From an uncultured Nitrospirales bacterium (GTDB lineage: Bacteria > Nitrospirota > Nitrospiria > Nitrospirales > NS-4): DNA of 63,772 nucleotides. The stretch's first letter is position 1. Each line of letters opens with the position of its first letter. Made by a program: the position numbers and the translations under genes. The notes under the pieces are model-generated. The model saw only the letters and a program-made list of their open reading frames with translations. It did no database searches and was not told where the DNA came from. Positions 41,728 to 50,828 of this stretch are shown here, piece after piece. Location: positions 1-63,772 of the forward strand of contig CAYLLY010000004.1 of NCBI GenBank assembly GCA_964384595.1, written 5' to 3'.

Positions 41728-42989
41728 GGCGTGGCGTTCGATCCCGACGGACGAACCACACGAAAGGCGAGCGCGGCCAGAATCATCAGGCCGTAGGTCT
41801 TGATCCCGCCCAGAAGAACCGCGGGCCCCGTCGCAATGAGCGGATGCGCATAGTAGTCATCGATGCCGCCGATCAGGAGCACGGCGACGGCGATCCACGG
41901 AATCAGCGCGACCTGCCGGTGGGGTCCCAGGGCCCGCTCGAGCAGGACCGCCAGCGGGATGAACGTGAACACCAAATGGTTGATCGTCGTGTTCGGCGTC
42001 GCGAGGAGAAGCGCCGCGGAGAGGAACGCGATCTCCGCAACCATCCGGCCGGGAGCGACCTGCCCCGTCGGACGGAGAACGGCAAACGCCGCCGCCAGCA
42101 ATCCGAACGAGGCCGCCTGCCCGATGAATCGCCAGAAATCGGCCGGAACGGCATCCAAGAGGCCCGCGCCGGTGTTTATCATCAGGCCCGATAGTGAATG
42201 ATTCCCTAATCCGGCAAAGGCCCGGGCATACTGGGGAGCCACCAGAGTTGCATACTGAACAGTGGCATCCCACCCCGCCAAAGGGAGGGCGATCAGCGTA
42301 CAGGCCATCGCCGTGCCCGCACCCCACGCACAGGCCCGCCATTCCTTCCGCCAGGCAAGATACAGAATGAACAAAGCGGGATGGACACGAAGCGCCGCAG
42401 CGAGGCCGATTGCGACTCCGGCCATGGCGGGACGCCCCGCGCGAAGAGCCGCTAAAAACAGGCCGGTGAGGGCCAGAATCAGCAGGTTGATTTGACCGAG
42501 CCCCAAGGAATTCTCCAAGGGTTCAGACACGAGGGCGACACTCACGAGGACGAGTCCGGCTTCAAGCGACAACGGGACCGCCCGCCAGAGGCACCAGCCG
42601 GCCACGGCAAGGAATCCGAGGCTCAGCGTTTGCCAGAGCACGGCGGCAGGCTGAAACGAAAGCGCCGTGAACGGACTAAACGCCAAGACCGTAAATGGAG
42701 GATAGGAGAATGCGTGGATGTGAACGAAATCATCGTGCGCATGGAGCGTGCCCAGACGCTTCGCCGCCTCAATCAAGACCGCGTTGCGATTCAACCCGGT
42801 TTCGCGATCCAACTGCGGATCATAGAACTCGCCGCCGAAGCGAAAAACATGCGCCGCCGTGTAGACGGCCGCGAAGTCTCGATGTTCTCCCTTGCGGGCA
42901 AGCTGAAGCATGTGGACGGCAAACTGCCCGGTGAGAACCGTGAGCACCACCACCAGCGCGAGGGCGCCACGCGAAACCGGCTGGCTCAC
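41724..42989 (-). CDS. GT87/DUF2029 family GT-C glycosyltransferase
   Basis: RDF...Y.AA.....G..YD, FSYPPF, GQIN, NHS; polytopic. Confidence 0.82.
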   Translation of the reverse strand: MSQPVSRGALALVVVLTVLTGQFAVHMLQLARKGEHRDFAAVYTAAHVFRFGGEFYDPQLDRETGLNRNAVLIEAAKRLGTLHAHDDFVHIHAFSYPPFTVLAFSPFTALSFQPAAVLWQTLSLGFLAVAGWCLWRAVPLSLEAGLVLVSVALVSEPLENSLGLGQINLLILALTGLFLAALRAGRPAMAGVAIGLAAALRVHPALFILYLAWRKEWRACAWGAGTAMACTLIALPLAGWDATVQYATLVAPQYARAFAGLGNHSLSGLMINTGAGLLDAVPADFWRFIGQAASFGLLAAAFAVLRPTGQVAPGRMVAEIAFLSAALLLATPNTTINHLVFTFIPLAVLLERALGPHRQVALIPWIAVAVLLIGGIDDYYAHPLIATGPAVLLGGIKTYGLMILAALAFRVVRPSGSNATP

Positions 42990-44116
42990 CGACGCTGTTC
43001 CATCGCAAAAGTATACACGCGAAGGGTTCGGACTCCTGCGGCCGCCATGCTTTCGCGTACCGCATAGGTTTGAGCGGCAGCGGCAAGCCGTGCACGGGCT
43101 TGCGCATCCGCCAACAACCGCGCGAGGGTCTCACGGAGCGCAGCCGGATCGGCCGACGGAACCAAGGCGAGACAGGAGCCTCTGGCCTGGACCTCACGCA
43201 CCGTGGGCAGATCAGTCGCCACGACAGGACGCCCCTGGCCCAACGCCCGGTGCAAGGAGTAGGACATGCTGCTGTCTGTGGCATACGGAACGACCACCAC
43301 ATCCATGGCTTCCAGCGCAATCGGGACCTCGGCGGGTTCAAGGTAACCGGTCACAACCAGGCGATCACTGATGCCATACCGCGCAGCCGCCTCTGCCAAA
43401 TCCCTTCGCATCGTCTCGTGGGCGGGAAGTCTCGGGCCTCCGGCCAGCAGGAGAACTGCTCTGCTCGGGAGCGATGCGACGGCTTCCATCAGGTCGGAAA
43501 ACCGTTTCGAGCCCTCCAGAAATCCCAGCACCCCTACCGTCTGGCTGCCGGAGGGAATGCCAACGCGGGCGCGGAAGGCATCGACCTCACCGACTTGCAC
43601 CGGGACACGCGAAGGAATGCCGGGGGAGACGACGTGGATTCGATCCGGGGGAAGGCCACGCGCCACTAGACGCTGTTTATGGAAATCCGCATGGACGATG
43701 ACGGCGTCGGCCCGACGAAAGGTTTCGACATCGATCCAGGCGGGGGCGCCCGCCGCATTCGCAAGCCGACTACCCAGGCCGCCGTCGAGACGAGCCGGCC
43801 CTTGGTCCCGAACCGTGTGCGCGGTGAGGACCATCGGCGTCCGGATGCAGGCGAAGAGGATCCGGATCAACAGTGTATAGGTCAGCTGATCGATCCCCCA
43901 AAAACTATATGTATGCTGAATATGAGCGACATCCTGACGGCTGAGGCGCAGGCCGGCAAATACCGGCCGCAGGGGATTGAGGTTGGCGGCGCAGAGCGGA
44001 ATGGTCGTGATGTCCGCGTGCACGGCAAGAGTACTGATCAACTCCCGGGTGTAGTCCGCAATACCACATCGGGGCCCGACGGTGGCATACATCCCGACAC
44101 GGAGCCGATCGCTCAT
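42986..44116 (-). CDS. Glycosyltransferase family 4
   Basis: CGIADYT, GFL...KR, VPY....S.SL..ALG.G.PV. Confidence 0.88.
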   Translation of the reverse strand: MSDRLRVGMYATVGPRCGIADYTRELISTLAVHADITTIPLCAANLNPLRPVFAGLRLSRQDVAHIQHTYSFWGIDQLTYTLLIRILFACIRTPMVLTAHTVRDQGPARLDGGLGSRLANAAGAPAWIDVETFRRADAVIVHADFHKQRLVARGLPPDRIHVVSPGIPSRVPVQVGEVDAFRARVGIPSGSQTVGVLGFLEGSKRFSDLMEAVASLPSRAVLLLAGGPRLPAHETMRRDLAEAAARYGISDRLVVTGYLEPAEVPIALEAMDVVVVPYATDSSMSYSLHRALGQGRPVVATDLPTVREVQARGSCLALVPSADPAALRETLARLLADAQARARLAAAAQTYAVRESMAAAGVRTLRVYTFAMEQRR

Positions 44117-45240
44117 TTTACCAATCCCTTGGCCTCCAGTTCAGCCTTGGCCTGGTCGACACAGTCCACGGCATGCTGCGATTTAGCCCACGCCGCTAGG
44201 TCCAGGATGCCCGTCTCCAATTGAATGGCAGGCGCATACCCCAAGATACGCCTGATCAGCGTGATGTCTCCCACGCAGTGCCGGATATCTCCATCCCTGA
44301 ACTTCCCCACGATCTCAGGCGCGCACGGAACTCCCATTACCTCCCCAAGCAAACGCGCGACTGTCGCAATGGACGTGGCACACCCCGTTCCGACGTTCAG
44401 AGCGACATCGGCGACATCGTCCCGTTCCAGCGCCAGGCAAAAGGCCCGCACGATGTCCCGCACGTGAATAAAATCACGACTCTGGCCCCCATCTTCAAAA
44501 AGAAGGGGCCGTTGTCGGTTTAATAAACGAGAGGCAAAGATGGCGGCGGCGCCGGTGTACGGGTTGGACAGCGACTGCCGTGGCCCGTAGACATTGAATA
44601 AGCGCAACGCGACGGCGCCGATTCCATACGCCCGACCGACACTGAGGCACAACTCCTCCTGATCGCGCTTGGTGACGGCATAGACGGAGGTAGGGAAGAG
44701 GGGCTTTTCTTCGTCCGTTGGAACAGGCACGGCGGATTTTCCGCAGGCCGGGCATCGCATTTCCCAATCCCGGGCTTGAAGCTGGCCTGTCGAGCGCAGC
44801 CGCGGAGCGATGGGACCACACTGGGCACACCGGTAGCGCCCTTCTCCGTAAATGGACATGGAAGACGCCACCACGAGTCGCTTGACGCCATGCCCCCCGT
44901 TAACCATGACATCGAGGAGGGTCGCCGTCCCCAGCGCATTCGTTTCCACGTAGGGAGCAATGGCGTACATGGACTGCCCCACCCCAACCGCAGCCGCGAG
45001 ATGCACCACGGACCGCACCCCGTTGAGCGCCCGGTCAACCATCGCCCGGTCGGTGACCGATCCATGAAGAAATTCAACCCCGGGGGGAAGTAGCGAGGGA
45101 TGCGTGGCACCCGGTCCGTGAACCTGAGGGTCCAGATTATCCAACACCCGGACGGTCAGACCTTGAGCAAGCAGGGATTCAACCAGGTGGGAGCCTATGA
45201 ATCCAGCTCCACCCGTCACTAAAACAGGTTGCGGGATCAT
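44113..45240 (-). CDS. NAD-dependent epimerase/dehydratase (extended SDR, WbiB-like) with a CxxC..CxxC insert
   Basis: VTGGAGFIG, HLAAAVGVGQS, SSMSIYGEG, YAVTK, NVYGPRQSLSNPYTG, FRDGDIRH. Confidence 0.88.
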   Translation of the reverse strand: MIPQPVLVTGGAGFIGSHLVESLLAQGLTVRVLDNLDPQVHGPGATHPSLLPPGVEFLHGSVTDRAMVDRALNGVRSVVHLAAAVGVGQSMYAIAPYVETNALGTATLLDVMVNGGHGVKRLVVASSMSIYGEGRYRCAQCGPIAPRLRSTGQLQARDWEMRCPACGKSAVPVPTDEEKPLFPTSVYAVTKRDQEELCLSVGRAYGIGAVALRLFNVYGPRQSLSNPYTGAAAIFASRLLNRQRPLLFEDGGQSRDFIHVRDIVRAFCLALERDDVADVALNVGTGCATSIATVARLLGEVMGVPCAPEIVGKFRDGDIRHCVGDITLIRRILGYAPAIQLETGILDLAAWAKSQHAVDCVDQAKAELEAKGLVK

Positions 45241-46244
45241 GACGGGAACTCCTCTCTGGGGGGCGCGAACCGCTGGATCAACGTTTGATGATCGAGCACT
45301 TGCGTACGCTGAATTTCTCGTCGCGCCACCCATGTGTCCGGCAAGCGTATAAGATTGTATATGAACCCCAGCATCATCGCCAACGCCAGCTTCAGGTTGC
45401 GCCTGGTGACATGCCAGACAATGCGGGCCGACAGATGCGCGGCCAGGCGAGCCGCCGTCGTGAGGGGCAGGCATTTGATCGCGAAGCGCAGGAGGTTCGC
45501 ATGATAGCTGACCCGCCGATGAAACCAGAATTTTGGAATCTTCCCGGGTGCAACGCTCTGGATCAAATGATGGTGCTCGTCCCCCGACATGCCGACCTTG
45601 TGATACAGCCAAGCGTCAGGCACGTACACCGTCCGCCAGCCCCGGCGCCACGCGCGCCAGCACAAATCCGTGTCTTCAAAATCGATGAAAAATGTCGGGT
45701 CGAACCCACCGAGCGCCTCAAAGCGATCCCGCCGCACGAGCAAGCTCCCCGCGCATCCCCATGGAACCTCAACGGGCCCTGGGGCCGGCGCCGTGTATTC
45801 CGCTGCAAAGGGAGGGATGACGGTGCTCAAGTACCGGCCTGGAACCAACCGGGTCCGCCCATGAATAACCCGGGAGCCGTCCCAGGAAAGCTGCGTCGGA
45901 TCCACAGCAAAAAGCGAGGGGTCTTTTCCCAGAACATGCACCAGCCTGGACACACAGTCCGGCGGGAATTTCATGTCGTTGTTGACGATGAAAAGACAGT
46001 CCCCTGTGGCCTCCTTCGCCGCCAGGTTGTTGGCTCTGGAGAATCCCAGATTGCGGCCCAACGGCAGCCAACGAACATGGTATGACGCCGCCACGGACGC
46101 GCTGTCATCAATACTGCCATTATCCACGACGAGTATTTCGAGCGCAGGCCAGTCCTGCGCGCGAAGGCTGCTCAGGCAGTCCGGCAACAGATGCGCCCCA
46201 TTGTAGTTGAGGACGATCGCGGTGATGCGCGGGCTTTCCGTCAC
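45237..46244 (-). CDS. Glycosyltransferase family 2
   Basis: IVLNYNG, VDNGS.D, NLGF..ANN, NNDM, GFDP.FF..FED.DLCWR. Confidence 0.9.
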   Translation of the reverse strand: MTESPRITAIVLNYNGAHLLPDCLSSLRAQDWPALEILVVDNGSIDDSASVAASYHVRWLPLGRNLGFSRANNLAAKEATGDCLFIVNNDMKFPPDCVSRLVHVLGKDPSLFAVDPTQLSWDGSRVIHGRTRLVPGRYLSTVIPPFAAEYTAPAPGPVEVPWGCAGSLLVRRDRFEALGGFDPTFFIDFEDTDLCWRAWRRGWRTVYVPDAWLYHKVGMSGDEHHHLIQSVAPGKIPKFWFHRRVSYHANLLRFAIKCLPLTTAARLAAHLSARIVWHVTRRNLKLALAMMLGFIYNLIRLPDTWVARREIQRTQVLDHQTLIQRFAPPREEFPS

Positions 46245-46373
46245 GCCATGCACTCGATGGCCACAATGACGACGGACTGACTGCCACGCCTGGCAAGACA
46301 CTGCGAAGCCGGTCTCATCCCGCCTCTTTGCCCGGTCTGGCCGTTATCAGAATATCCATCGCCGACGGCAACT

Positions 46374-47201
46374 TCACTCCCCTCGAGCTGATTCGATGCC
46401 GCCTTCAACGCGAACAGCCCGGACCACGCAGGTATCGCGAAGCGACGGCCAGAGAATCCTGGCAGGCCAGAGCAGTGCGCGCAATACGCGTCGGATGAGC
46501 GAGATACCGACCGCCACTTGATCAATGAAGGTGCGCCGAACCACCTGGAACCCGGACGCTTCAAGAAGCGAGACCAGTTCGGCCATGGTGTAGAGCCGCA
46601 GGTGTCCATAGGTGCCGTCGATGACCCTCAAAGGACTTTGTTGGGGAGAATGGCCCCGCAGCAGGAGTTCCCGGTTGGTCCATGCCGCCAGGTTAGGGGT
46701 CGTCAGGACCAGCACCCCGTGCGGCGCCAGAATTCTACTGATTTCGGCCAAGGCTGTGGGAACTGCGTGGGGTGGAAGATGCTCGACAACTTCGGCAAAG
46801 ACAGCCACGTCGAAGGTCTGTGACCGGAACGGCAGGCCGGAGCCTACGAGATCGGCTGCGACCAACCGGATTCGCTCGTCGGTCAGCCGTGCGCGATACT
46901 CAGGCAGCCAGACATAGGGGCGCCGCGGATGCTCGACCCCGATCATCTCTGCTTTGGGGAACTGATGCCGGAGGGCACTGGCAAGGGTCAGGTAGCCGGT
47001 GCCGATCTCCAGCAGCCGACGCGGTTCCGGTCCGTCGTCGAGAAGAGCCACCGTCCGGGCGAGGCGAGAAGCCTCCTGCCGTATCAAGACTTCGACTCCA
47101 TGCGCCGCGCATGATTCGATTCCCCATCGATCCCAACCACGGAACATCTTGGTCAGTAAAGCGGCGATCGCGTTCTCGTCCATGCGTCCGCCGGCACTCA
47201 T
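46374..47201 (-). CDS. Class I SAM-dependent methyltransferase
   Basis: LLEIGTG, FAEVVEHL, LVLTTPN, HLRLYT; ATGA overlap (alternative start 47183). Confidence 0.85.
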   Translation of the reverse strand: MSAGGRMDENAIAALLTKMFRGWDRWGIESCAAHGVEVLIRQEASRLARTVALLDDGPEPRRLLEIGTGYLTLASALRHQFPKAEMIGVEHPRRPYVWLPEYRARLTDERIRLVAADLVGSGLPFRSQTFDVAVFAEVVEHLPPHAVPTALAEISRILAPHGVLVLTTPNLAAWTNRELLLRGHSPQQSPLRVIDGTYGHLRLYTMAELVSLLEASGFQVVRRTFIDQVAVGISLIRRVLRALLWPARILWPSLRDTCVVRAVRVEGGIESARGE

Positions 47202-47878
47202 ACTTTGGTCGCGAGCACGGCCCACCCTACCGCATCGCGAATGCCGGCTCGACTCCCGTGCCCGCAGACCCACCCATCCAGCCAGTCGAACAGCCGATAG
47301 GCAAGCGCCACAAAGACCAGCCGTGTCTTCGGCGGGAGGTTCCACTCGATCGCGTGAAAGACGACGAGAAAGGGTCCGCCCGTCGGGCGGATATCCTGAA
47401 TGTGCAACCCGGCCTCCTTGCAGAGATAACGGAGTCCTTCATGAGTGTACCGATAGAAGTCCCCCGGATGATCATGGAGAATACAGTATTGGGGCGTCGT
47501 TAAACAGAGATACCCTCCCGGCCGCAGCACCCTCGCGCATTCCAGAAGCAGGAGAAGGGGGGCCGGCACGTGCTCCAAGGTTTCCATCAACAGAACCACG
47601 TCTGCAATTTTCTCCTGGAAAGGGAGATGGTGCCCATCGGCCAGGATATCGACGCCACGGCCCGGCTTGATCTCGATCGCAACCCGCTTTCCCTTCCACA
47701 GATCCCCGAATTGAAAAGGTTCAAAGCCGGCGCCCAGGTCTAAGAGGAGTCGTGTCGCTTCGGTGCGCTCGGTGATCAAGCCGAGCATTCGCCGCGCATG
47801 CTGAATCGGATGGTCTGTTCCCCGGCGTACCCATCGGTGGTGGTACCGCAGATATGTCGCTTTCAGCCAACTAAGCAC
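47198..47878 (-). CDS. Class I SAM-dependent methyltransferase
   Basis: LLDLGAG, ADGH.LPF, ETLEHV, HD.PGDFYRYT. Confidence 0.85.
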   Translation of the reverse strand: MLSWLKATYLRYHHRWVRRGTDHPIQHARRMLGLITERTEATRLLLDLGAGFEPFQFGDLWKGKRVAIEIKPGRGVDILADGHHLPFQEKIADVVLLMETLEHVPAPLLLLLECARVLRPGGYLCLTTPQYCILHDHPGDFYRYTHEGLRYLCKEAGLHIQDIRPTGGPFLVVFHAIEWNLPPKTRLVFVALAYRLFDWLDGWVCGHGSRAGIRDAVGWAVLATKV

Positions 47879-47896
47879 AAGTGACCTCCATGCACA

Positions 47897-49312
47897 TCAT
47901 TGCGCGAGTAACCGCTTGACCGTCAGCAGGTCGGCACTACGAAGATATCCGACAAGGAGAAGGCCGGCGCCGTAGGCCAACGCGCCGAGAACAACTTCCA
48001 GGGCCAGCGCGAGGTCCCGGCTTCCCCAAAGGACAACAGCCATGACGGCGGCAGCGACAAGGTATCGCCAGAGCCCTTCATACGACAAGGAAAGACCGAA
48101 CTCCCGCCGTACCATCCTGACCACAAGCGCCAGATTGAGCCATTCGCACGCGACGGTGGCAACCGCCGCGCCCACCGGCCCCCAGCGAGGAATGAGCGCG
48201 ACGTTAAGAAGGACGTTGACCGCTACGCTCAAACCGTAGACCCTCGCCAGCGGCAGTACCACATCTGCCGCGAGCAGCGCCTGGTTCGGAATCGTGATCC
48301 AAAGAAGGGGCAGGCTGCCCAGAATCAACACCTTCAGCACAACCCCGGCCTCGACGAACTCATCCCCGAACAACACCTGCGTCAAAGAATCCGCCAGGAA
48401 AAACGTTCCGATCAGCACGGGCAGACCCAGCACCAGAAGCGGTTTCCAGGTCCCCTCCAACAGATTCCGAATCCCTGGCAGGTCGCGCCCCACCATGCTC
48501 GCCAAACGGGGGAAGAAGGGACCGCCGATAGACGCTGCCAGAAGGATCACGGCGTCCAGGAACCGGTATGCCGCGGCATACAGGCCGACATCGCGGGGCT
48601 CTCGGAGCCAATGCAGCATGATCATGTCCACCCTGTAATAGAGGGCGTAGCCCAGCATCAACAAGCCGAACGGCAACGCCCGGCGAATCATGGTCCGGAC
48701 GTGGACGAAAAGAACAGCCGGCGGAGACGGCGCGCTTCCGGCAAGGAAACGCGCAAAGACCAGCATCAGTCCATTGACGGCAGCCGATGCCGCCAGCAAA
48801 CCGAGCGACGCCCCTTCCTGCAGGAGAACCATCACGGTCACTATGGCCACCAGAGCCGATGCCGCCACGCGGTGCACCGAGACCAGATGGAGATCTTCCC
48901 GGGCCGTCAGGGCGACAATCAACGGCGTGGTCGCCGCCGACAACAGCATGGAGAGTGCAGCCAGCCCCATGCACAACATCGTCGTCGTATCGTGGCCGGC
49001 CCCAATCGCCACGCCCATCATCGCCACGCTTCCCAACCCTGACAGAAGCAGCACGGCGCGCCGGAGGCCGGCAACCACCTCTGGTCCACGCGCTGGCGCC
49101 CGGCTGATCTCCCTGATCGCAAAGGTTGCCAACCCGAAATCCGCAACAATTCCGAATGGATAGGCAAACGCCAGCACATAGGCATAGCGGCCCAGTTCCT
49201 GCGCGCCCAGGTATCGCACCACGGCAATGGAAACGGCAAAATTGATGAGCTTGATCAGCGCTTGGGCGGAAACCAGGGCCGTGAGGTTGAATAGAAGGGT
49301 TCCTTGGCGCAC
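47897..49312 (-). CDS. wzx: Wzx flippase (MOP superfamily)
   Basis: 471 aa, about 12-14 TMs, RYLG..ELG.Y, DFGL, R.D.IML, VGLY.AA.R. Confidence 0.88.
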   Translation of the reverse strand: MRQGTLLFNLTALVSAQALIKLINFAVSIAVVRYLGAQELGRYAYVLAFAYPFGIVADFGLATFAIREISRAPARGPEVVAGLRRAVLLLSGLGSVAMMGVAIGAGHDTTTMLCMGLAALSMLLSAATTPLIVALTAREDLHLVSVHRVAASALVAIVTVMVLLQEGASLGLLAASAAVNGLMLVFARFLAGSAPSPPAVLFVHVRTMIRRALPFGLLMLGYALYYRVDMIMLHWLREPRDVGLYAAAYRFLDAVILLAASIGGPFFPRLASMVGRDLPGIRNLLEGTWKPLLVLGLPVLIGTFFLADSLTQVLFGDEFVEAGVVLKVLILGSLPLLWITIPNQALLAADVVLPLARVYGLSVAVNVLLNVALIPRWGPVGAAVATVACEWLNLALVVRMVRREFGLSLSYEGLWRYLVAAAVMAVVLWGSRDLALALEVVLGALAYGAGLLLVGYLRSADLLTVKRLLAQ

Positions 49313-49323
49313 CCGACTTTGCC

Positions 49324-50754
49324 CTACCGATGCGTACCAGAACCACGCAGGACGGGAACAGGCGTCCGCATTCCGTTTCTCGTGCCCTCCACGAGATCAG
49401 GCTGAGCGGCCTGGCTAATGGTCAAGCCCCTCACCACTAAGGCCGCCACCAACCAAAACGGCTCCATGATCCGGACGATGATAAAAGTATTGGCCCCAAC
49501 CGCATGGACAAGCAGACCGAGAAACCCCAGCAGAAACCCCATTGCCAAACCTCGTGGAAAGGGATCTTGGGCCTGCCGGTAAACCGACCATCCCGTGCGG
49601 AACACGGCTCCACTGAGGATGAAGAACGCCACAAGCCCCACCGTCCCCGTCTCGGTCAGAACACGGGGATACATCGCGTCCATAAACGGTCCACCCGTCA
49701 CCCCTGCCCCCCAAATGGGGTAGGACTGCCAAAATTGCGCGGCCTGTTGCCACGAACGGAGCCGGTCGGAGGTAGAGGTATCCACTCGGATGGCGCCGAT
49801 ACGGATCTGCCCCTCTTCCACAGGCTGGGTAAACGTATAGAGGATCCTGTTGGTAACCGCTTCGGGCGCCCACCACGGAGAGGCCAGCAGCACGATCAGG
49901 ATAATAGGAGCAACAACCGGCTTCCGACGCAGCAGGCGCAGGGAAAGAACCAGCACCACCACGGCTGCCGCTAAAAACGACGACCGCGAAAGCGTCGCGA
50001 ACAGCCCGATGGCCCCGCAGACCAAAAGCACATAAAGGGGCCATCGCCTCGGTGTAGACCCGGGCACCAAGATAAGCCCGGTGATGACCGACAGCATGAA
50101 GACGAGATACCCGCCCAACGTATTCGGCTCCCCGGTTTCTCCCTCGAACGGCGCTGATGCTCTCTCTCCGCTTGGGATCTGCGCGATAGCAAATAAGGAG
50201 ATCAGAAAGCATACCACGAGACTGGCGATCACCAGGTTTTTGGCCTGCTTCTGGGTCTCCACCGAGCTGACCACCATGAAATAAATGAAGACGTACTCGT
50301 AGTATTTGAGAATGAAAAAGAAGCCGGTCAACCCTTGCACCCGTCCCTCCAACATGCCAAGCAACGTCGAGCAGACAGCTATCGCAATGTAGAACATGAT
50401 CGGGCCATTCAACGGGGTCCGCATGAACGGACCGCCCTCTTTGAAAAAAGCCCTCTTGGCCAACCACACAAAGCCGATCACTATCAGAAGGATATCGTCG
50501 AACCGAAGCGTGATTCCGCGCCCCTCCGTCGCGGACGTTCCTCCCAGCCCCCCGACCATGAACTCAGGACTGAGAAGCATCGAAAAGACGAGAATATACA
50601 GACTGGCTGAAGTGGAAAGGAATGCGACAACCAGCAGCAGGAGACCGAAAAAAACCGGAAGGACGTTGGTCGGCTCATTGGTGACAATCAACACGCCCAA
50701 GGCTCCCGCCAGGACGAGAGCAACGAGGATAAGCAGCCCCTTGTTAGCCTCCAT
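49324..50754 (-). CDS. O-antigen polymerase/ligase family (Wzy_C) protein
   Basis: Polytopic; EPNTLGGY, T.SRSS, S...R..SW.....PIWG.G, Y...L.ETG.VG; sits between wzc and wzx. Confidence 0.8.
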   Translation of the reverse strand: MEANKGLLILVALVLAGALGVLIVTNEPTNVLPVFFGLLLLVVAFLSTSASLYILVFSMLLSPEFMVGGLGGTSATEGRGITLRFDDILLIVIGFVWLAKRAFFKEGGPFMRTPLNGPIMFYIAIAVCSTLLGMLEGRVQGLTGFFFILKYYEYVFIYFMVVSSVETQKQAKNLVIASLVVCFLISLFAIAQIPSGERASAPFEGETGEPNTLGGYLVFMLSVITGLILVPGSTPRRWPLYVLLVCGAIGLFATLSRSSFLAAAVVVLVLSLRLLRRKPVVAPIILIVLLASPWWAPEAVTNRILYTFTQPVEEGQIRIGAIRVDTSTSDRLRSWQQAAQFWQSYPIWGAGVTGGPFMDAMYPRVLTETGTVGLVAFFILSGAVFRTGWSVYRQAQDPFPRGLAMGFLLGFLGLLVHAVGANTFIIVRIMEPFWLVAALVVRGLTISQAAQPDLVEGTRNGMRTPVPVLRGSGTHR

Positions 50755-50828
50755 CGCAGACGTTCCTCAGAGGACGTGCCGACCCGTCCGGGCCCGAACT
50801 GGCGAGAGAGAACGCGTAGCCGCTCCGC

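Noticed and set aside
50755-50785. Imperfect hairpin containing the SD of the wzy-like gene
   Set aside because: Short bulged stem, not distinguishable from background in GC-rich DNA.
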